Shown: one piece after another, positions 1 through 3,085 of the stretch
Position numbering within the stretch: the first letter of the stretch is position 1
How the letters are laid out: the number at the start of each line of letters is the position of its first letter
Virus record (IMG/VR): IMGVR_UViG_2541047960_000015
Length of the DNA: 3,085 bases
From: a virus
Lineage: Duplodnaviria > Heunggongvirae > Uroviricota > Caudoviricetes
Strand: one strand, 5' to 3'
The notes under the pieces: model-generated
What the model saw: the letters and a program-made list of their open reading frames with translations, nothing else
The model's database searches: none
Told to the model about the DNA's origin: nothing
Made by a program: the position numbers and the translations under genes

Positions 1-74
1 TCCGTAACGCCTCTGCCACGCGCGTAACGTGACAGGGATTAAGGGTAAACTAACTGATTTTGCAAGTTTTTATT

Positions 75-1361
75 TTACCCAACTTTCTTATGGGGCATAC
101 ATGGGACACTTTCAGATAGTCTTTTGTTAAGGAGTTCTATCTGTTCGTGATTGTTGTCTTTCATCCATGCTCCGTAAACATTGAATACCATTTGTGCGTT
201 TGTGTGGCCCATCTGGCTTGCGATAAAACTAGGATTAGCTCCTGCGGCAAGTGACCAGCATGCATAAGTATGCCTGGATTGGTACGATTTTCTGTGTCTC
301 AGACCTGCGCGTTTTAAGATACTTGTCCATGACTCCCTGATGGAGTCAACCTTGTAGTGAGGTCCGGACAACTGCTGCTGTTTTGTTACCTGAGGACTAA
401 AAACAAAAGTGCATTTATGCACAGCAGTTCTCCCATATTCCCTCTGCTTCACCTCTACAGAATGTTGCTTTCCAAGCATGGTCATTTCCGCCTGGCTTTT
501 AAGAGCATCAATAGCTGGTTGAACCAGATGAATTGTCCTTCCGGTGCCTGCATCGGTTTTTGGTGGAGTGAATTCGCCAAGTTTTGTATAATTTCTACGG
601 ATGGTTATAGTCCTTGCTTTAAGGTCTATATCTTCCCATGCCAGCGATACCAACTCCCCGTGACGAATACCCGTGTATACAGCGAGAATCCACAGGTTTT
701 TTGTTTGTTGATGACGGCAAGCCTCAATAAAACGAATAAATTCGTCACGGGTGAGAGGATCTGGTTTTACCTTGGACTTTTTTAAGGGAGCCAGACCGTT
801 AAATGGGTTTCCTGAGGTATAACCATTATCTGTTGCAAATTGAAACATTCCAGCTATGGTTGTCATATAGTAGTTTACCGTGACCACTGAGCGCCCTTTT
901 ATGGAAGAAGTCTTTCCATTAGAAAGCTTTTGGTAACCGGTCAACAAATCTCTCCTTACGAAAAGTAAATCCTCTTTTGTTATGGATGAAACCAGTTTTT
1001 TTTCACCTAACATTGGTAACATGTTTTTAATTACTGACTGGTAACGGTTAAGTGCATTCGCACAAATCTCAATTTTCTTAAGGTCCAACCATTTTTCCGA
1101 AAGTGCCTTAACGGTTATCTCTCTTTTTCCCAGACCAAAGTGTTTCAGGTTAGGGGAATTAGGGAACTGCGCGGCGTAGTCGAAACTCCCCATTCTGATT
1201 GCAAAACAAACGGAAGTGCGAAGTTCACCAGCGATCTTCCGGTTTTTGGCTGTGTCAGGAACACCGAGGTTTTCTCTGACACGTTTGCCATTATAGTGAA
1301 ACCATATACGGAGTGATCCTCCATGGTTTTCAACGCCTGTCGGGTATGATGCGTTACTCAT
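75..1361 (-). CDS. int: Prophage integrase, tyrosine recombinase family (IntR/Rac-like; N-terminal arm-binding region plus C-terminal catalytic domain)
   Basis: Uninterrupted 428-aa ORF. ATG at 1359-1361 is preceded on the minus strand by GGGAGG (SD) with a 4-nt spacer; TAA stop at 75-77. The C-terminal part carries tyrosine-recombinase signature blocks: 'AVYTGIRHGEL' (box I Arg), 'SRHTYACW' (box II Arg-His) and 'GHTNAQMVFNVYGAW' (His plus candidate nucleophile Tyr). The N-terminus 'PTGVE..G..RIWF...GKR.RE' and overall layout match my recollection of E. coli Rac IntR and related lambdoid integrases. Not confirmed by search. Confidence 0.95.
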   Translation of the reverse strand: MSNASYPTGVENHGGSLRIWFHYNGKRVRENLGVPDTAKNRKIAGELRTSVCFAIRMGSFDYAAQFPNSPNLKHFGLGKREITVKALSEKWLDLKKIEICANALNRYQSVIKNMLPMLGEKKLVSSITKEDLLFVRRDLLTGYQKLSNGKTSSIKGRSVVTVNYYMTTIAGMFQFATDNGYTSGNPFNGLAPLKKSKVKPDPLTRDEFIRFIEACRHQQTKNLWILAVYTGIRHGELVSLAWEDIDLKARTITIRRNYTKLGEFTPPKTDAGTGRTIHLVQPAIDALKSQAEMTMLGKQHSVEVKQREYGRTAVHKCTFVFSPQVTKQQQLSGPHYKVDSIRESWTSILKRAGLRHRKSYQSRHTYACWSLAAGANPSFIASQMGHTNAQMVFNVYGAWMKDNNHEQIELLNKRLSESVPCMPHKKVG

Positions 1362-1394
1362 TAAACCTCCCAGACGTCCAGGAGCATTAACAGG

Positions 1395-1649
1395 TTAACC
1401 GGAACTTGCATTTTTGGCACCTGGTTGTTTCTGGTTTTCGATCCATCGCATAATTTCTTCGATGTTGTACAGGCATTCACTGTAGTGCCCCGGATCACCT
1501 TCTACAGCGTAATGGCGGTATTCTTTTCCCTGCATCCATGACTTTCTTCTTGCCCGCTCAATGGTGCCAGGCTTTAGCCCTGTTGATGCAATGAGGACTC
1601 TCTCCGTACACCATTTGCTGGGGGTTATCTGATAGATGATTGTCTGCAT
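1395..1649 (-). CDS. xis: Excisionase-like protein (putative Xis / recombination directionality factor)
   Basis: 84-aa ORF immediately upstream of and co-oriented with int (33-nt gap). ATG at 1647-1649 is preceded by GAGGT (SD, about 5-nt spacer). The pattern 'W...(12)..TGLKPGTIERARRKSWM.GKEYRHY' resembles the lambdoid excisionase-like fold (Trp ... Thr-Gly ... basic wing). Size and position are typical of xis. Confidence 0.8.
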   Translation of the reverse strand: MQTIIYQITPSKWCTERVLIASTGLKPGTIERARRKSWMQGKEYRHYAVEGDPGHYSECLYNIEEIMRWIENQKQPGAKNASSG

Positions 1650-1667
1650 GCCAACCTCATAAAATTT

Positions 1668-1802
1668 TCATCCACGGCAGTGGCACCACACTTCAAACAT
1701 TCGCTTCACAACTTCACGACAGTAGAAGCCGTCAACATCTCGCGTCAGGTCATAGCGATTGCCGTAACGCTGGTGGACCCATCGTTCAAATGCTTTATTC
1801 AT
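1668..1802 (-). CDS. Small hypothetical prophage protein (44 aa), not in the supplied ORF track
   Basis: Own translation: MNKAFERWVHQRYGNRYDLTRDVDGFYCREVVKRMFEVWCHCRG, ending at TGA 1668-1670. Strong SD (AAGGAAG) 6 nt upstream of the ATG. It tightly fills the gap between the upstream ORF stop (1806) and the xis RBS/start (1649), and is co-oriented with the operon. No family recognised. Confidence 0.5.
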   Translation of the reverse strand: MNKAFERWVHQRYGNRYDLTRDVDGFYCREVVKRMFEVWCHCRG

Positions 1803-1805
1803 TCT

Positions 1806-2048
1806 TTACTTCCTTTTTATGGCTCGTAATTTTTTCAGGTGCTTTTCCTGCTCAGTGTCCGCGAGAATTTTGCGGTACCCCTGGTGGTCAATATGTTCGA
1901 ACAGGCAGTTTAACTCACCAATGCGTACCCGCCCGGATCGTCCGTCCATCCGTCGAAAGAACACTGAGTGCTCAGTGATGCGAGTAATCACCACGGGGTA
2001 TCCAGCTCTGTCCGTGTATATCTGACCGCGTTGAATCAAAGCGAACAT
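1806..2048 (-). CDS. Small hypothetical lambdoid prophage protein (80 aa); possibly DUF4222-type small family (from memory, unverified)
   Basis: ORF-track entry 1806..2084 begins at a TTG with no RBS. The in-frame ATG at 2046-2048 is preceded by GGGGA (SD, 7-nt spacer), so I place the start there, giving MFALIQRGQIYTDRAGYPVVITRITEHSVFFRR.... Co-oriented with the operon; stop TAA 1806-1808 sits 3 nt from the next start. The 'G.IY.DR.G.PVVI.R......FFRR' pattern recalls a small conserved prophage family, but I cannot confirm it. Confidence 0.6.
   Translation of the reverse strand: MFALIQRGQIYTDRAGYPVVITRITEHSVFFRRMDGRSGRVRIGELNCLFEHIDHQGYRKILADTEQEKHLKKLRAIKRK
1809..1815 (-). promoter_or_regulatory. 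Shine-Dalgarno sequence (AAGGAAG) for the 44-aa ORF, embedded in the 3' end of the upstream gene
   Basis: Minus-strand sequence reads AAGGAAG-TAA-AGA-ATG: SD, then the stop codon of the upstream 80-aa ORF (1806-1808), one codon, then ATG at 1800-1802. This is a translational-coupling arrangement. Confidence 0.5.
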
Positions 2049-2132
2049 GTGGTTATCCCCATCGACAAATCGAGAACACAACAAACGCTGCTGCGAATAC
2101 CACCCCCAGAGTTACGATTGCATCAGGCCAGC

Positions 2133-2795
2133 TCATTGATTCACCTCCTGCCTGTCGTCCGGCATTCGCTCACTACAGCTTATCCAACCATCCGGAGTTA
2201 CCGGAGAGTTGCCCGATAGTGCATTCTGCTCCAGTGATGCTTTTACAAACCACGCTGCCTGAACTATAACGCCATGAATCCAGCGCAAATCAGCATCGCG
2301 ATCTTTCTTTTTCATCTTTTCGCCACTTAAGGCCTTGCTTATGTGGCTGCGTACCAGGTCTTCATGTAATTCCTTCGCCTCCTCAATGGTGAAACCACCA
2401 GGCAGAAGAGCCGGAGTTACCGGAGAGCTGGTTGACGCTTCCGGGATTTCCCGAAAATTATTGGTTGACGAATTCTTGCTTTCCCGAAAGTTTCCGGACT
2501 GAAGCATGGCGGTGCGGCAGGCGTTCCATATTTCGGCAGCAATATCGCGCTCGCTATCGGTTAATTTGTACGTGGAAACATAGCCAGAGAGCATTTCTAC
2601 GTTTTCCGGAGTTGCTTCTTCCGGCACTACCGGCGCTGGCAAGGCAGCGTGATAGTAGAGTGGCATAGTTTTGTACAGTGGTTCGCCAGGACTTCTGTCA
2701 ACCTGATTCCATTCTTCAACCCAGGCATCAACAACCGCTTTGCTGGTTGATACATGTTCTTCTGAATCTACATTTTGTCCTGATATACAGAACAT
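2133..2795 (-). CDS. Ea22-like / DUF551-like modular early-region prophage protein, 5' region disrupted by IS insertion (220 aa from first ATG; frame stays open up to the IS junction at 2869/2870)
   Basis: 220-aa ORF from ATG 2793-2795 (preceded by AGAGG, 5-nt spacer) to TGA 2133-2135. The same frame continues upstream without a stop through 2796-2869 (...LDIRDNIERRAYEIALASLEAEAV-M...) and only terminates inside the IS end, so the native N-terminus appears to be cut off or separated by the IS. The C-terminus 'SPVTPDGWISCSERMPDD' resembles the start of the DUF551 motif (W-I-x-x-x-E-R-L/M-P) seen in Ea22-like proteins, but the protein ends only 8 residues later. Family assignment is from memory. 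Confidence 0.7.
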   Translation of the reverse strand: MFCISGQNVDSEEHVSTSKAVVDAWVEEWNQVDRSPGEPLYKTMPLYYHAALPAPVVPEEATPENVEMLSGYVSTYKLTDSERDIAAEIWNACRTAMLQSGNFRESKNSSTNNFREIPEASTSSPVTPALLPGGFTIEEAKELHEDLVRSHISKALSGEKMKKKDRDADLRWIHGVIVQAAWFVKASLEQNALSGNSPVTPDGWISCSERMPDDRQEVNQ

Positions 2796-2869
2796 AACTG
2801 CCTCTGCTTCCAGCGATGCCAGAGCAATTTCATAAGCCCGACGCTCAATATTGTCTCGGATGTCCAGGC

Positions 2870-2894
2870 TGAACCGCCCCGGGAATCCTGGAGA
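2870..2894 (+). repeat. Putative left terminal inverted repeat (IRL) of the IS3-family element
   Basis: Terminal about 25 bp beginning TGAACCGCCCCGGG. Length is assumed from typical IS3-family IRs; the right IR is not in the window, so the extent cannot be verified by self-complementarity here. Confidence 0.5.
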
Positions 2895-2923
2895 CTAAAC
2901 TTCCTGAGAAAGAGGTAAACAGG

Positions 2924-3085
2924 ATGACTAAAAATACTCGTTTTTCCCCCGAAGTCCGTCAACGGGCAGTCCGTATGGTTCTGGAAAGTCAGAGCGAATA
3001 TGACTCACAATGGGCGACAATTTGTTCCATTGCTCCAAAGATTGGCTGTACGCCGGAGACTCTGCGTGTCTGGGTTCGCCAGCAT
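2924..3085 (+). CDS. IS3-family transposase OrfA, N-terminal 54 codons (helix-turn-helix region); truncated by the window edge
   Basis: ATG at 2924-2926 is preceded by AAGAGG (SD, about 8-nt spacer). Translation [54 protein letters not shown] is open to the window end. HTH-like segment '[18 protein letters not shown]'. Confidence 0.9.
   Translation, partial: MTKNTRFSPEVRQRAVRMVLESQSEYDSQWATICSIAPKIGCTPETLRVWVRQH

Larger units (their letters stand above)
2870..3085 (+). mobile_element. Left end of an IS3-family insertion sequence (IS629/IS1203/IS3411-like), partial; continues beyond the window
   Basis: The sequence from TGAACCGCCCCGGGAATCCTGGAGACTAAAC... starts with the TG dinucleotide typical of IS3-family termini and is followed 54 nt later by an orfA whose product ([52 protein letters not shown]) matches my memory of IS629-group OrfA almost residue for residue. 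The exact IS boundary at 2870 is inferred from the TG start and the point where the prophage reading frame gives way to IS-like sequence. Confidence 0.85.

Noticed and set aside
357-785. 142-aa plus-strand ORF
   Set aside because: Lies entirely antisense within the integrase gene, has no RBS and a low-complexity, odd composition. It is a shadow ORF of int.
1145-1333. 62-aa minus-strand ORF
   Set aside because: Alternative-frame overlap inside the int coding region; int itself accounts for the sequence.
1762-1770. 9-mer CCGTAACGC shared between the left flank (2-10) and the interior of the 44-aa ORF, considered as a distant Int arm site
   Set aside because: Dozens of 9-mer coincidences are expected by chance in a window this size, and this copy lies inside coding sequence.
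2082-2135. Single long gene (Ea22-like fused to the 80-aa ORF) split by a frameshift
   Set aside because: The two ORFs are in the same frame and separated by two genuine stop codons (TGA 2133-2135, TAA 2112-2114), not a frameshift. The 80-aa ORF has its own SD and ATG. They are treated as separate genes, with a possible mosaic junction noted as a finding.
1640-2219. Three plus-strand ORFs (1640..1978, 1819..2025, 1968..2219)
   Set aside because: All are antisense to the co-oriented minus-strand xis / 44-aa / 80-aa / Ea22-like genes, which have proper RBSs and operon-like packing. The plus-strand ORFs lack start context and overlap one another.
2432-2668. 78-aa plus-strand ORF
   Set aside because: Antisense inside the Ea22-like gene; Arg/Ser-rich translation typical of a shadow frame.
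2768-2962. 64-aa minus-strand ORF spanning the prophage/IS junction
   Set aside because: It runs antisense through the IS inverted repeat and the start of orfA, and overlaps the Ea22-like start in another frame. It is a chimeric artefact of the insertion junction.
1-3085. CRISPR array, tRNA/rRNA genes, toxin-antitoxin pair or recognisable defence-system genes
   Set aside because: No spaced repeat array, no tRNA-like or rRNA-like sequence, and no ORFs with nuclease, ATPase or other defence-like signatures. The window is fully explained by the prophage int end plus the IS element.

Overview
This window reads as the integration end of a lambdoid prophage from an enterobacterium (E. coli/Shigella-like), with an IS3-family insertion sequence inserted at its right side. 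All prophage genes run on the minus strand (right to left): a 5'-disrupted Ea22-like early-region gene (2133..2795, frame open up to the IS junction), an 80-aa small gene (1806..2048), a 44-aa small gene absent from the ORF track (1668..1802), an excisionase-like gene (1395..1649) and a 428-aa IntR-like tyrosine integrase (75..1361). From 2870 to the window edge is the left end of an IS629/IS1203/IS3411-like element, with its inverted repeat and the first 54 codons of orfA on the plus strand. The plus-strand ORFs inside the prophage block are antisense shadow ORFs. I see no CRISPR array, tRNA or rRNA, and no convincing candidate for a new defence or multi-gene system; the only uncharacterised material is the pair of small genes upstream of xis and the modular Ea22-like gene. 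All family assignments come from reading the translations and from memory of these families, not from any search.
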